A stretch of 64,000 bases of DNA from Alkalispirochaeta sp. (GCA_965242725.1 CBDESZ010000003.1:32001-96000), one strand, 5' to 3'; counted from the first letter of the stretch, positions 48,494 to 58,831 are shown. The notes: a model not told the origin generated them from the letters alone. A program made the numbers and translations.

Positions 48494-49986
48494 TGGGAAT
48501 TCCCCGGTGTTTGATGATGCAGACGATAATGCGGCCGGCACGTCGCGTGATCGGCATTTCTCTTTTTCTTCTTGCAGGCGCCTACGCAGCCTATCCTGTG
48601 GACGTCACCATTCACCAGTCAACGTCCGGGGGAAGCGAGGGGACGCCGTTCTGGCTCCAGGCGAATCGCTGGGGCCTCAACTCGGACTCTTCCCTCCAGA
48701 CAAATCTCGGCGCGGAGGTGACGTGGGAGCGTGACTTTGGCGATGTCTGGGGCATTGAACTCCTCGCAGACGGCGACGTCTTTGCCGATGACGACGGCGT
48801 CATTCCACGGCTGCGCTTTGCCTACGCAGCTCTGTCATGGCGAGCGCTGGAGTTGAAAGGCGGTATGTACCCGGAACTGGTCGGATTACTTCCGGCGCCT
48901 GAGCTCTCATCTGGTTCCATGATCGTCAGCGGCAACGCCCGTCCTCTGCCGTCGGTACAGCTTTCAATGCCTGAATGGACCGCCGTTCCGATGACCAATG
49001 AGAAGCTGGAAATACGGGGCGGGTTGCTCCACGGATGGTTTCTTGGTGATCGCGTCCAGGACGGCGCCCTCCTTCATGAAAAGTGGGGATACGCACGTCT
49101 CGGCAACCCTGAAGAGACCAGACTCTACCTCGGTCTGGTGCACAACACCATGTGGGGCGGCGAGATACAGCCGGTGAACTGGGACAACTATCTCAGAGCG
49201 TTCCTAGGTCGGGAGGCAGGTGATACGTCCACCCAGCTTGGTCCGGCGGGAAACGGCCTGGGCATGTGGGACCTTGGGGTCGAGATGCCCCTCGATCGGG
49301 TGGACCTCCGCGGGTACTACCACCACTACTTTGAACTGGAACACGGCATCTACTTTAAGAACGCCATGGACGGGCTCTGGGGCGTGGCGATTGAGATTGA
49401 CGACGCCGGCCGGTGGCCCGATACGGTCGTTATGGAGTCACTCTATACGGTATACCAGGGCGGACGGTACCATCGTCTGACCCAGGTCCTGACTGATGCC
49501 GGCTTTGACCCCGCGGATCGCACGGCGACCTTCGGCATCGGCGGCGGCGCACACCAGTATTATAACCACGGTATATACCGGAACGGCTGGACGCACCTTG
49601 ATCGCATCGTGGGTAATCCTCTCCTCGTCGCCGTCGGCGAGGGCGAAGAGCTCCGCATTGCAAGCAACCGGGTGAATGCATACCACCTCGGATTTTCGGG
49701 TAACGCGACTGAGAACATTCGGTACACCGGGAAGATAACCTTTGCCACGCACAAACCGACGCAAATCGGTGCCCGTTATTACGCGCCGATCAGTCTCGTA
49801 CCGGAAGGTGAAACGTGGGTGCAGGTGAATGCGTTTCTCGGCGTGGAGATCAGCGAGGCATTCGGTAACGACCGTCTTGGGGCCAATATAGGCCTTGCCG
49901 GCGACTGGGGCGACATTTACGAAAATACAGTCGGGTTCGAGCTGGCGTTGCGATATGCCCTGGGTGCTTCAGCCGCTGTGGAATGA
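48490..49986 (+). CDS. wzi: Capsule assembly Wzi-family outer-membrane protein (start uncertain)
   Basis: Signal peptide, PFWL.ANR.G, LSSG.M..S.NARP.P, LHEK, GN.LG.WD.G, YYNHG.Y..GW, NR..A.HLG. Confidence 0.65.
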   Translation: MMGIPRCLMMQTIMRPARRVIGISLFLLAGAYAAYPVDVTIHQSTSGGSEGTPFWLQANRWGLNSDSSLQTNLGAEVTWERDFGDVWGIELLADGDVFADDDGVIPRLRFAYAALSWRALELKGGMYPELVGLLPAPELSSGSMIVSGNARPLPSVQLSMPEWTAVPMTNEKLEIRGGLLHGWFLGDRVQDGALLHEKWGYARLGNPEETRLYLGLVHNTMWGGEIQPVNWDNYLRAFLGREAGDTSTQLGPAGNGLGMWDLGVEMPLDRVDLRGYYHHYFELEHGIYFKNAMDGLWGVAIEIDDAGRWPDTVVMESLYTVYQGGRYHRLTQVLTDAGFDPADRTATFGIGGGAHQYYNHGIYRNGWTHLDRIVGNPLLVAVGEGEELRIASNRVNAYHLGFSGNATENIRYTGKITFATHKPTQIGARYYAPISLVPEGETWVQVNAFLGVEISEAFGNDRLGANIGLAGDWGDIYENTVGFELALRYALGASAAVE

Positions 49987-50028
49987 CCGTGGACCGACGT
50001 GAGGCGTGCGGTCCAGGGTAATGTGCCG

Positions 50029-50790
50029 TTACCAGACTGGATCTTTGGGGTAGTTGAGACGCTCAAAGTCGGTTTTGTATAATTGATACACCTGATCGAT
50101 TTCTGTAGCTGAGAAGTACTTCGCCAATTTCTCACCAGCCTGCGTCTTCTTTCCCGCCTTGTCCGTCGGATAGAGCTCGTCCAGAGACCTGCCGTCGGGA
50201 AGGACCAGACCCGCCTTATCCAAAACGTATTGCATGTCCCGATTGAACGTCTCAACCCTGCCGACAAAGTCGTATTTCTCGGGAGGGATTACCATCAGGA
50301 GATATTGAGGCGTCCAGTGTTTGTTATCCATCAGTCCGCCCGCTGAAAGGTACCGTACAAATGCCGCAAAGCCTTCCTGTGAGTCGTTTCCGAAACCCGG
50401 TATTCCCGCGTACGTTGATACCTTGCCCGGCGCAACCTTCTGAAGCCACGCCGATAGGAGTCGCTCATAGGGATTTCTCACAAAGGTGAACTTGAAGAGC
50501 CGGCGGAACGCCCGCGCCTGCGTCCAGTCAAGCCGGGAGGGGCGTATAATTTCTTCCTTGATGGCGTCGACTTCGTCTACGGTTCCTTTTTGTATTTCGT
50601 GGAGGATCGCCACCACGGTTGTATTGGCTGCTTTGGGTATACGATTGTAGAAGACGCCGAGATCCGAGTACACGGCGCCCCTCGAATCCGCGGACATGCG
50701 AGGAAGGAGATCGAGATTTGCCAGGGCAAAGGGTGTCCGGTACTTTTTGAGTGCCCGGTAACTCTGCGTCATGGTTTGTCGTAGCTTCAT
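50029..50790 (-). CDS. Sulfotransferase (Sulfotransfer_2-like)
   Basis: RIPKAANT (5'-PSB), FTFVRNPYERLLSAW (3'-PB), HW.PQ, YDFVG..E, Y..DF....Y. Confidence 0.85.
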   Translation of the reverse strand: MKLRQTMTQSYRALKKYRTPFALANLDLLPRMSADSRGAVYSDLGVFYNRIPKAANTTVVAILHEIQKGTVDEVDAIKEEIIRPSRLDWTQARAFRRLFKFTFVRNPYERLLSAWLQKVAPGKVSTYAGIPGFGNDSQEGFAAFVRYLSAGGLMDNKHWTPQYLLMVIPPEKYDFVGRVETFNRDMQYVLDKAGLVLPDGRSLDELYPTDKAGKKTQAGEKLAKYFSATEIDQVYQLYKTDFERLNYPKDPVW

Positions 50791-50792
50791 GT

Positions 50793-51776
50793 CTAATAGT
50801 ACTCCCACCGGGACAGATCAATTCCCGTTAGATCGGCGAGCCGCCTGTTGGATTCCCTGAAGGTTTCCGTGATGATTTTCTCCTGTCGTTCGGTCATGGT
50901 GATCGTTTCCGCTTTTCTGAGGGGGATCGCACCGAAGAGGCGAACAATCCCCGTCCGGAGCCACCGGGGAAGACGTATGCGGGCATTCCGTTGCCGCCGT
51001 GCCCGGCGGATTCCGGCAAGGAGACTGTAGTCTCTGCTTTGCCATCCCCTTTCGCCGCGGCGTGTATTGAGGCGGGTCACCGTCGTCCCGGTATAATCGA
51101 CATCCAGAAATGTGGCCATGAGCCGAAAAAAGCTATCCGGCTCTTCCTTCAGAAGCTCAAAGGGCAGTACGGCGACATTCTCCCGCCCGAAGACGTGCCA
51201 AAGCCCCTGCGCCACCATGTCGTAGTACAGCGGTGAGAGCAGGTGCGGGTAGGTCGCATCGGGCAGAAGGTTGGCGAGAAAACGATCAAGATCCCTGGTT
51301 TCTGCAATATGCCGGTAATAATGGGAGTAACCCTGGGCGTACAGTGAGGGGAGAAAATCACTCTGTCTGCGCAGGGTGATCATGACCTGCAACCGGTCTG
51401 CGTCGCTGAACAGCGCTTTCAATTTCCTGAAAGACGAAAGCAGGTCATCCGTGAGCGGTAATCCATCCGAAATATCGCCCTTGAAACTCCTGAGAACCAG
51501 CTCCTCCAGCGAGATAAAGAGTGTTCCGTCACCGTCCAAACCAAACTCCGCGCGTACCACTTCTCCGTTCCTGAGGAAATAAAGCTCGTCCCGACGGGGA
51601 AACATACGCAAAAACTCGCGTACCACAGGCCTGGTTTTGCTGGAACCGTCCGGTCCGTACTCCTTGCCGAAGTAGACCCAGCCGTTGTCACGGCAGAGGT
51701 CCGGAAAGACCGTTCCTTGCAAAGTGGTGCTTCCCGTTTTGGGGTAGCCGGGATGAATAATTACGCGTTCCGCCAT
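50793..51776 (-). CDS. Sulfotransferase family protein
   Basis: HPGYPKTGSTTLQ, IS.E.L, LRRQ..F..S.Y.Q, FG.ENV..L.FE.L, F..SN..L...G.DL. GGAGAG RBS. Confidence 0.82.
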   Translation of the reverse strand: MAERVIIHPGYPKTGSTTLQGTVFPDLCRDNGWVYFGKEYGPDGSSKTRPVVREFLRMFPRRDELYFLRNGEVVRAEFGLDGDGTLFISLEELVLRSFKGDISDGLPLTDDLLSSFRKLKALFSDADRLQVMITLRRQSDFLPSLYAQGYSHYYRHIAETRDLDRFLANLLPDATYPHLLSPLYYDMVAQGLWHVFGRENVAVLPFELLKEEPDSFFRLMATFLDVDYTGTTVTRLNTRRGERGWQSRDYSLLAGIRRARRQRNARIRLPRWLRTGIVRLFGAIPLRKAETITMTERQEKIITETFRESNRRLADLTGIDLSRWEYY

Positions 51777-51881
51777 TGATCTCTCCGAGATCTTCGAGGG
51801 TACCACAATACCGGGTGATCGACAGCCCTTTTCGACCAATCTTGATGATTACCGTTCTATCGGCTACCCTCTTGGAACGGC

Positions 51882-53705
51882 TTGAATAGGGAGCCGATAC
51901 TTTTTGACAGGACAAGACGCGCCGTGTTTCGATCCGTTTGGAATCTGTTGGAAAAAAGTGACAAGATACGTTTTGTCACCCTCGTAATAGGGATACTTCT
52001 CACATCCATCATGAATATCGGTGGCGTTGCGTCGGTAATGCCATTTATTGAGGTCCTTACCACTTCGGGAAACGAGATCACCAATCCGGTCGTGGCGGAA
52101 GTTTTTACGCGTCTTGGGATACAAATGTCCCGGGCAACCATCGTATGGATGGGCATAGGCGTGATGGCCCTCTTCCTGGTCGGAAACTCCCTCCTCGCGC
52201 TGGTGACGTGGAAGAGCATTGTCTTTGCTCGCGCCGTTGCCTACGGACTTACGACGCGTCTCTTTGCCAGATACCTGCGCCAGCCCTACTCCTTCTACCT
52301 CAACCACAATACATCGGAGTTGATGAAAAACCTTTTCGGGGAGATTAACTCCATCATCAACGGCGTACTGAAGCCACTTGTGGAATTGATGGTGGAGGGT
52401 GTTCTCGCCCTGGCGCTTGTTGTTTTTCTGGTGATCGTCGATCCGATCATTGCACTGGCGGCCCTTGCCCTGCTGGGCGGCGGCTATGGGCTGATATTTG
52501 TAGTCTTTCGCCGCATGCTCAATAGGGCAAGCAAGACAAAGGTTCGCCGCAACCGCGACCGATACCGCGTCGTCTCCGATGCCTTTGGCGCAATCAAGGA
52601 GTTGAAGCTTTTGTCTCTGGAGCGTCGTTACATCGAACTCTATGACGGTATCTCCAACCGTTTTGAGATCGCAAAGGGACGCATACAGGGTATCGCCAAG
52701 CTTCCCCGTTACGCTCTGGAGGCGCTCGCCTTCGGTGGAATTCTCGGTCTCGCCCTCGTTCTCTTTGTCCGGGGCGGCAGTGCCACGTCGGTTCTGCCGC
52801 TGATGTCCGCGTATGCCGTGGCGGGATACAAGTTGCTGCCCGCGCTGCAGCGGGTCTTTGCGGCATTTGCCCATATACGGGGAAGTCACGCGTCTACCGA
52901 GCTTGTTGTCCATGAGCTCAGGAGGGCCGCCCCTCCGCTGGCACCGGTAATGGGGCCTGAAACGGTTCCCTTTGGTGACGCCATCGACCTGCAGAACGTG
53001 ACATTCAACTATGAAGGAACCCAGCGTCCGGCTCTGACCGACATTTCCCTGAAAATAAGGAAGAACACAACCGTCGGAATCGTCGGACCTACCGGATGCG
53101 GCAAGACCACATTGGTGGACGTGATTCTCGGGCTGCATACGGCGCAGTCAGGAACGATCACCGTCGACGGAAACAGAATCACGACGGACAATCTTTCGGG
53201 CTGGCAGAGACACTTCGGCTACGTCCCGCAGTTCATATATCTCAGCGATACCTCGGTGACACGGAATATCGCCTTCGGCGTTCCCGATGAAGAAATAGAC
53301 CACGAACGCGTTCGCTTCGCCGCACAGCTGGCCAATCTCCATGACTTCGTGCTCTCCCTTGATGATGGATATGAAACACAGCTTGGCGAGCGAGGGGTGC
53401 GTCTCAGCGGAGGACAGCGGCAGCGCGTCGGTATCGCCCGGGCTCTCTACAGGGATCCGGATATACTCGTCTTTGACGAAGCGACGAGTGCCCTGGATAC
53501 CCATACCGAAATCGCCGTGATGGACGCCATTGCAAAGCTGATGCACGAAAAGACGATTATCATTATTGCCCACCGCCTCAGTACGCTTCGGGATGCGGAC
53601 AATATCTTTGTCCTCCGTGACGGAAGGATCGAGGTCGAGGGAACCTACGCCGATCTCAGCACGACCCATCCGCATTTTCTCAATCAGGAACCTCCCCGGC
53701 AATGA
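51882..53705 (+). CDS. ABC exporter, PglK/MsbA-like glycan flippase
   Basis: TM domain plus GPTGCGKTT, GYVPQ...L.D....[32 protein letters not shown]. Confidence 0.88.
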   Translation: MNREPILFDRTRRAVFRSVWNLLEKSDKIRFVTLVIGILLTSIMNIGGVASVMPFIEVLTTSGNEITNPVVAEVFTRLGIQMSRATIVWMGIGVMALFLVGNSLLALVTWKSIVFARAVAYGLTTRLFARYLRQPYSFYLNHNTSELMKNLFGEINSIINGVLKPLVELMVEGVLALALVVFLVIVDPIIALAALALLGGGYGLIFVVFRRMLNRASKTKVRRNRDRYRVVSDAFGAIKELKLLSLERRYIELYDGISNRFEIAKGRIQGIAKLPRYALEALAFGGILGLALVLFVRGGSATSVLPLMSAYAVAGYKLLPALQRVFAAFAHIRGSHASTELVVHELRRAAPPLAPVMGPETVPFGDAIDLQNVTFNYEGTQRPALTDISLKIRKNTTVGIVGPTGCGKTTLVDVILGLHTAQSGTITVDGNRITTDNLSGWQRHFGYVPQFIYLSDTSVTRNIAFGVPDEEIDHERVRFAAQLANLHDFVLSLDDGYETQLGERGVRLSGGQRQRVGIARALYRDPDILVFDEATSALDTHTEIAVMDAIAKLMHEKTIIIIAHRLSTLRDADNIFVLRDGRIEVEGTYADLSTTHPHFLNQEPPRQ

Positions 53706-55849
53706 AGCAGCTCTTTATCGTCGGGGTGGGGCGCAGCGGTACTTCGTTGTTGCAGAGTATGTTTGCCGCCCATCCGCGTGTTGCAATGCTGCCGGAAACG
53801 GGTTTCTTTCGGAGATATTGCCTTCCCGACGGGGGTGTCCCCTTTGACCGTCTGGAGGAGCTGAGGAACGAAGACGAACGGCTGCAGCGTATCCCCGGAA
53901 CATGCTGGAGTCGCGTCGCCGACGACCTGGCGCCACGGCGTGACGGGCGGTATTCACCGTGGGACCTCTATCGCCATCTTCTGTCATGGCGATTCTCCGC
54001 ATGCGTTGCGGGGAAAGATGAAGAAGATATCCTGGTTTCCGGCGACAAGGATCCGCGGCTCATCGAGTTTCTTCCCATCCTTGTGCACATTTTTCCGGAG
54101 AGTCATTTCATTCACATCGTCCGCGATCCCCGGGACGTTCTGGCCTCCAAAATGGCTGCCGACTGGTCCTCCCGCCGCCACTGGAGGGCAAATCTTGCCG
54201 CAGGCGTATTTCAGCTTCACCTTGCCGACCGGTATGCGGCGCGCCTGCCGTCGTCACGGTTCCACGTCGTACACTATGAGGATCTTCTTGCACATGCCGA
54301 GCCGGTACTTCAGGGACTCTGTGCGGAGATCGGTCTGGACTACGATCCGCTCATGCTCAGTTTTTCAGACGCTGCGAAACGGCTGAGCGGAGGTGCGGTG
54401 GAGCCATGGAAAAAGGAAACGCTGGGTCCACTCCTCGCCGGCAACAGCGGGAAATGGAAAGATCGGCTTACGCCGGTACAGGTGCGTGCGGTGGAAGGAG
54501 CGAACCGCCGATGGATGGACCGGTACGGATATACCCGGGCCGGGACATGGTCGGCAGATCACACTCTGAATCGGGCGGCCGGGGCCGTTGGGGCTGCATT
54601 CTACAGCCGGTATCGGCAGCGCGTCGTCCATCGGGTATTATCTCGGGCGGCGAAAAGTCGGCCGCGGGGAACACCGTTGTCGGACACCATTCGTTACGCG
54701 ACCGATCATCCCCGGAGCACGGAACTCGGAACGGAGCGTGCCGGCCGATCCCGCTCGGTCCAGTCCGTCCTCCATACCTTCCTTGGGAGACTTGGATTTC
54801 CGGGAATGATTCTCTACTGGCTCTATCTCCTCCGCGGTTTAACGCCGCGATATGAGGTGTCGGGGTCGGTTCTCATCGCGGACCACGCCAGTGGGGTGGT
54901 GAAACGATCCGTCCAGCGTGTGACGGGCTCTCCACCGGGGGGTACCGGGAACCGCACCGTTTCCCGAAGCGCCATCGTTACTGAAATAGCCCATTCAATC
55001 GGCGCCTTCCTCAACGGATATCGTGCCGTACGACCTGCACGGACGGGACAGTGGGCCGCAACGGCGAATCTCCTGTTCTTCTACGCTGCGGGCCGGGCGG
55101 CCGTTGACGCCATCGCACCTTCAGCATTGCTCATTTCACTGACGAGCGACCGGAAGCGGATCGGTCTCGCCCTTGCCGCGGCCGAGCGGGTCCTGCCCGT
55201 GGGAATCTATATCCTCGACCGGTACGGAACTGGCAGACATCTCACAATTCGGCCGGACGTTCTCTTTTGCTTTACCGCGCGACAGGAGCGACGATATCGC
55301 CGGTACGCCGAGCGGGTCGTCATAATGCCGTCACCGATGAGGGATATTGGAACGGTACCGGCGCATCCTCGTATCGGCGTGCTTCTCAACGCACGGTGCG
55401 ATGTTGCTGCCGTCGCAACATTTGTATCGAAAGTCTCCGGCGAGCATCCGCACGCAGCGATTCGGGTGCGACCGCATCCGGGGTTTGACATGCGACGCCT
55501 CGGCGAAATTGAAGGTGCCGAGATAACCGATTGGCGCATCCCCCTTGATAGCTTTTTCCAGGAGATCGATGTCGCATTTGCGCCGAACTCGAATGTCGTC
55601 ATTGACGCGTTGCTTCACGGTGTTCCCGTGGTATATGTCGACGATCTTGACTACCTCCCCCGGGATGAACACGGTTTTGTCGCCGACGGCATTGTTATGG
55701 CATGGGAGGATGTCAACCGATTTCCCGAGGATGTAAATGACTTTTACGGAAGCGACGCCTTCCGCATTGCCTGGGGCACTATAGGATACCGAAACGATCC
55801 TGCGGCGGAGCAGCGGGCCGTACGGGAACTGGTGGGACCGAAAGGATGA
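53702..55849 (+). CDS. Sulfotransferase fused to a C-terminal GT-B-like (HP-motif) domain
   Basis: N-half: GVGRSGTSLL, PET.F, DKDP, HIVRDPRDV..S, YEDL. C-half: RVRPHP and NSNV..DALL.GVPVV. Confidence 0.75.
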   Translation: MKQLFIVGVGRSGTSLLQSMFAAHPRVAMLPETGFFRRYCLPDGGVPFDRLEELRNEDERLQRIPGTCWSRVADDLAPRRDGRYSPWDLYRHLLSWRFSACVAGKDEEDILVSGDKDPRLIEFLPILVHIFPESHFIHIVRDPRDVLASKMAADWSSRRHWRANLAAGVFQLHLADRYAARLPSSRFHVVHYEDLLAHAEPVLQGLCAEIGLDYDPLMLSFSDAAKRLSGGAVEPWKKETLGPLLAGNSGKWKDRLTPVQVRAVEGANRRWMDRYGYTRAGTWSADHTLNRAAGAVGAAFYSRYRQRVVHRVLSRAAKSRPRGTPLSDTIRYATDHPRSTELGTERAGRSRSVQSVLHTFLGRLGFPGMILYWLYLLRGLTPRYEVSGSVLIADHASGVVKRSVQRVTGSPPGGTGNRTVSRSAIVTEIAHSIGAFLNGYRAVRPARTGQWAATANLLFFYAAGRAAVDAIAPSALLISLTSDRKRIGLALAAAERVLPVGIYILDRYGTGRHLTIRPDVLFCFTARQERRYRRYAERVVIMPSPMRDIGTVPAHPRIGVLLNARCDVAAVATFVSKVSGEHPHAAIRVRPHPGFDMRRLGEIEGAEITDWRIPLDSFFQEIDVAFAPNSNVVIDALLHGVPVVYVDDLDYLPRDEHGFVADGIVMAWEDVNRFPEDVNDFYGSDAFRIAWGTIGYRNDPAAEQRAVRELVGPKG

Positions 55850-56691
55850 TGGATCTGCTGCGACGGTTCAGGAAAAAAACGGCCGATGCAACACAGGAGC
55901 CGCCGCGAGGAGGCCCGCTCGACGTTCTGTACAACGCGGCAGACGTTATGGCCTCGCCCTTTGTCGTTGCCGTCACATCGTGTATAGACGCCCTGGGATT
56001 CTCCTTTTCAGGTGACGGCTTGCCCGACGGGTGCAGCGTGCACCCCTATACCCGGACCATACTTGAGTACTCCCGAGGGCGTGTCGACAGGTACGCCGTC
56101 TCATCGTTGAGAGAGTACTACCGGCAGTTTCAGCCCGCCACGATGGCCGATCTCTTCCCCGAAGCCGCTTCTACGCCTGCGGCGACGTTGCCTTCCAATA
56201 CGCATTTCACCCCGTGGTTTACCGGCACGCCCGACGACCGCGCGGAGCGAACGCGACGGGCGCTGCAACGGGAGTTTCCCGGGTTGCCGGAACCGGGAAA
56301 TCCCCTCTTTGGACCGATCGACGACCGCCAGGGGGAAATGGAGTTTGTCCGTCTGGTTGAAGTGTATCGATCGCTACGTGACAAGGGATATGTGCTGCCC
56401 CGGAACCGGCGAAATCACATTCAGGGTCTCGTCCTCCGTCGGGAAGGGGATTTCCGTTTTCTCGTCACCGCCGGGAAGCACCGCGTTGCAGCCCTCTCGG
56501 TGCTAGGCGTGGCGGACATACCGGTGGTCTTTCGGAGTCCCGTCATTATAGAAGTGCGGGATGTCGGGGCGTGGCCGTTTGTGAACTCCCACGGATGGAG
56601 TGAGACGGCAGCAATCTCCTATTTCGACCGCCTTTTTCGCGGGGTATCCGCCCGGGCTCTGAGTTCGAATTGTTCCGGAGGAGATGATTGA
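55846..56691 (+). CDS. Hypothetical protein with a ParB/sulfiredoxin-like domain
   Basis: L..VY.SL..KGY....I.G......F.V..G.HR.AAL..LG...IPV. Confidence 0.6.
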   Translation: MMDLLRRFRKKTADATQEPPRGGPLDVLYNAADVMASPFVVAVTSCIDALGFSFSGDGLPDGCSVHPYTRTILEYSRGRVDRYAVSSLREYYRQFQPATMADLFPEAASTPAATLPSNTHFTPWFTGTPDDRAERTRRALQREFPGLPEPGNPLFGPIDDRQGEMEFVRLVEVYRSLRDKGYVLPRNRRNHIQGLVLRREGDFRFLVTAGKHRVAALSVLGVADIPVVFRSPVIIEVRDVGAWPFVNSHGWSETAAISYFDRLFRGVSARALSSNCSGGDD

Positions 56692-57856
56692 CTCGGTGAA
56701 GGCGGCAACGATTCAGCTCATTACGCAGAATTACCCATCCCCCCGCTTCCCCGAGCGGGGAGCCTTTGTGGAGCGCCTCGCGCGGCAGTGGGAAGAGATG
56801 GGAAACGAAGTAACCATCCTGGCTCCCGATACGTGGGCTACGGTAGTGCGTTCACTTGGGCGATCTTCCCGTGAAATAGAAACGGCCGGGAAGGAGATCA
56901 TCCGCCCCCGCTACATCAGCGCGGGAAACCGGTCGGGGGGACTCATTCACCGGTTTCGGCTGACCCGCCGCAATTTTGTGAGAGCGGCACAGAAGAGCCC
57001 GACGCCCTTGTCGCCGGCAGACTTTTACTACGGCAAGTTTCTCTTCCGCGGGGGTGAGGCGGCTCTGGCCCTGGGAAACCGGGCGGGGCGCCCCGCCTTT
57101 GCCGATCTGGGCGAGTCATGGTCGTTTCTGAAACTGGAGCGGCGGTCCCGGAACGATGCGATGTCCATATTGAGGGATCTGAGCGGAGTGATTTGTGTCT
57201 CACCCCGGCTCAGGGAGGAAGTGATAGAGCTGGGAGCGGATCCGGATCGCGTTCTTTTCGCGCCGAACGATGTGGACCGCAGCCGTTTCCACCGCATAGA
57301 CCGGCTGTACGCTCGCCGTCGTCTCGGTCTGCCGGCGGATCGCTTTATCGCGGCTTTTACCGGCCACTTCGTGGAACGGAAGGGGCCGCTGCGGGTCCTC
57401 AAGGCGCTTGAACGACTCCACAGCGGAGTCGGCGGCGTCTTTCTGGGCAGGGGTGAACAGATTCCGGCGGGGGAACACGTTCTCTTTGCGGGGGCCGTTC
57501 CCAACGGAGAGATGCCGCTCTGGCTTGGTGCCGCCGATGTCTTTGTCCTTCCCACACTGGGAGAGGGTAACTGTAACGCCATTAACGAAGCGATTGCCGT
57601 GGGCCTGCCGATCATCTCATCGGATATTTCCGACATCCGAGGACAGGTGCAGCCGTCGTTCGGTGTCCTCGTCGATCCGACCGACATCGATGCGATTGCC
57701 TCGGCGCTGGACGGGTTGTACCGGGATGAGGAGCGGCGGCGATCGATGGCGGAGGCGGCGTATCAGTCGGTACATGGAACTGATGTACAGGGTAGGGCGG
57801 AAACGATTCTGCGTTTCATGCAGACCGTCGGAAATTCAACCCGGGACGAGGAGTAG
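56684..57856 (+). CDS. GT4 glycosyltransferase (TuaC-like)
   Basis: YP....P..G.FV, G.F..RKG, ADVFVLPT..EG..NA..EA.A.GLP. Confidence 0.88.
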   Translation: MIDSVKAATIQLITQNYPSPRFPERGAFVERLARQWEEMGNEVTILAPDTWATVVRSLGRSSREIETAGKEIIRPRYISAGNRSGGLIHRFRLTRRNFVRAAQKSPTPLSPADFYYGKFLFRGGEAALALGNRAGRPAFADLGESWSFLKLERRSRNDAMSILRDLSGVICVSPRLREEVIELGADPDRVLFAPNDVDRSRFHRIDRLYARRRLGLPADRFIAAFTGHFVERKGPLRVLKALERLHSGVGGVFLGRGEQIPAGEHVLFAGAVPNGEMPLWLGAADVFVLPTLGEGNCNAINEAIAVGLPIISSDISDIRGQVQPSFGVLVDPTDIDAIASALDGLYRDEERRRSMAEAAYQSVHGTDVQGRAETILRFMQTVGNSTRDEE

Positions 57857-57859
57857 CTG

Positions 57860-58831
57860 ATGCCGCAATGGATATATATCGCCGGGAGAGGTCACAGCGG
57901 TTCAACAATGCTGGACGCAATGCTTGGCAATGTCGAAGGGGTGGAGAGCGTCGGCGAACTTGTTTCCGGTATGGGTCGTTACGACGACCTCTGCAGCTGC
58001 GGTGAAACCTTCACCGCCTGTCCTTATTGGCGGGAGGTGCGGCGGCGCTTCACCGATGACACCGGCCGTACCTGGGACGAAGCGGTCATGGTGACACGGA
58101 AGCAGGCGCATATATCGGCCTTTCCGGCGACGCTGTTCGGTCGGAGGCGCACCCGATGGGTGTCGGAGCTCACACAGGTCTCCAACGGAATCGCCCGAGC
58201 CGTTGCGGAGGCCGACGACGGGGCACACTTTATAGTCGATTCTTCCAAAGAGATTACCCGGGCGCTCTTCTTCCTGAAATTTGTATCCGGTTCAAAGGTG
58301 ATCCATCTCATGCGCCATCCCGCGGCGATTCTGCAAAGTGATTATTACCGCCTCCAGGGCGGCGCGGGCTTCAGGTTGCTGCGGCGTTCGTTTTCTCCAC
58401 GACGTTTCTTCGGTGTCATTCTCTGTATGCGGGTTGTCGCATGGATTGTGGGCAATCTCCTGGCCGATTTGACCCGTCAGTTTGCCCGGGATCGGTTTCT
58501 CCGCGTCCGGTACGAGGATTTCATTATGGATCCCGATGTGACGCTTGCGCGGATCGAGACGTTTCTCGGTACGTCCCTTGCAGAAATAAGGAACCGCATA
58601 TCCCGGCGGGACGAGTTTATCGTGGGTCACAACATCGGCGGAAACCAGATGCGCCACGCGGGTCGATTCGTTTTTGATCCCCGAAAGTCCAGTCGTTCAG
58701 GACTTCCCGTGCGCTACATCGTCATGACGTGGCTCATGACGTGGCCGCTGCTTATCGCATATGGATATCGGGGACGGCCGCTGCCGGGCAGTCGGTCCGA
58801 TCACGCCGGCGGTTCAGCTTCTTCTTCCTGA
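57860..58831 (+). CDS. Sulfotransferase family protein
   Basis: YIAG.GHSGST.L...LG, GE, CSCG.....CP.W, VDSSK, HL.RHP, RYEDF..DP, H..GGN.MR. Confidence 0.85.
   Translation: MPQWIYIAGRGHSGSTMLDAMLGNVEGVESVGELVSGMGRYDDLCSCGETFTACPYWREVRRRFTDDTGRTWDEAVMVTRKQAHISAFPATLFGRRRTRWVSELTQVSNGIARAVAEADDGAHFIVDSSKEITRALFFLKFVSGSKVIHLMRHPAAILQSDYYRLQGGAGFRLLRRSFSPRRFFGVILCMRVVAWIVGNLLADLTRQFARDRFLRVRYEDFIMDPDVTLARIETFLGTSLAEIRNRISRRDEFIVGHNIGGNQMRHAGRFVFDPRKSSRSGLPVRYIVMTWLMTWPLLIAYGYRGRPLPGSRSDHAGGSASSS

Noticed and set aside
27325..48541. Long antisense ORFs (e.g. 28785-30377, 35086-36852, 41380-43107, 47084-48541)
   Set aside because: Shadow frames of well-supported plus-strand genes in GC-rich DNA, with no recognisable motifs.
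55846..56691. Plasmid or chromosome partition locus
   Set aside because: No parA, no HTH domain and no parS-like palindromes seen.
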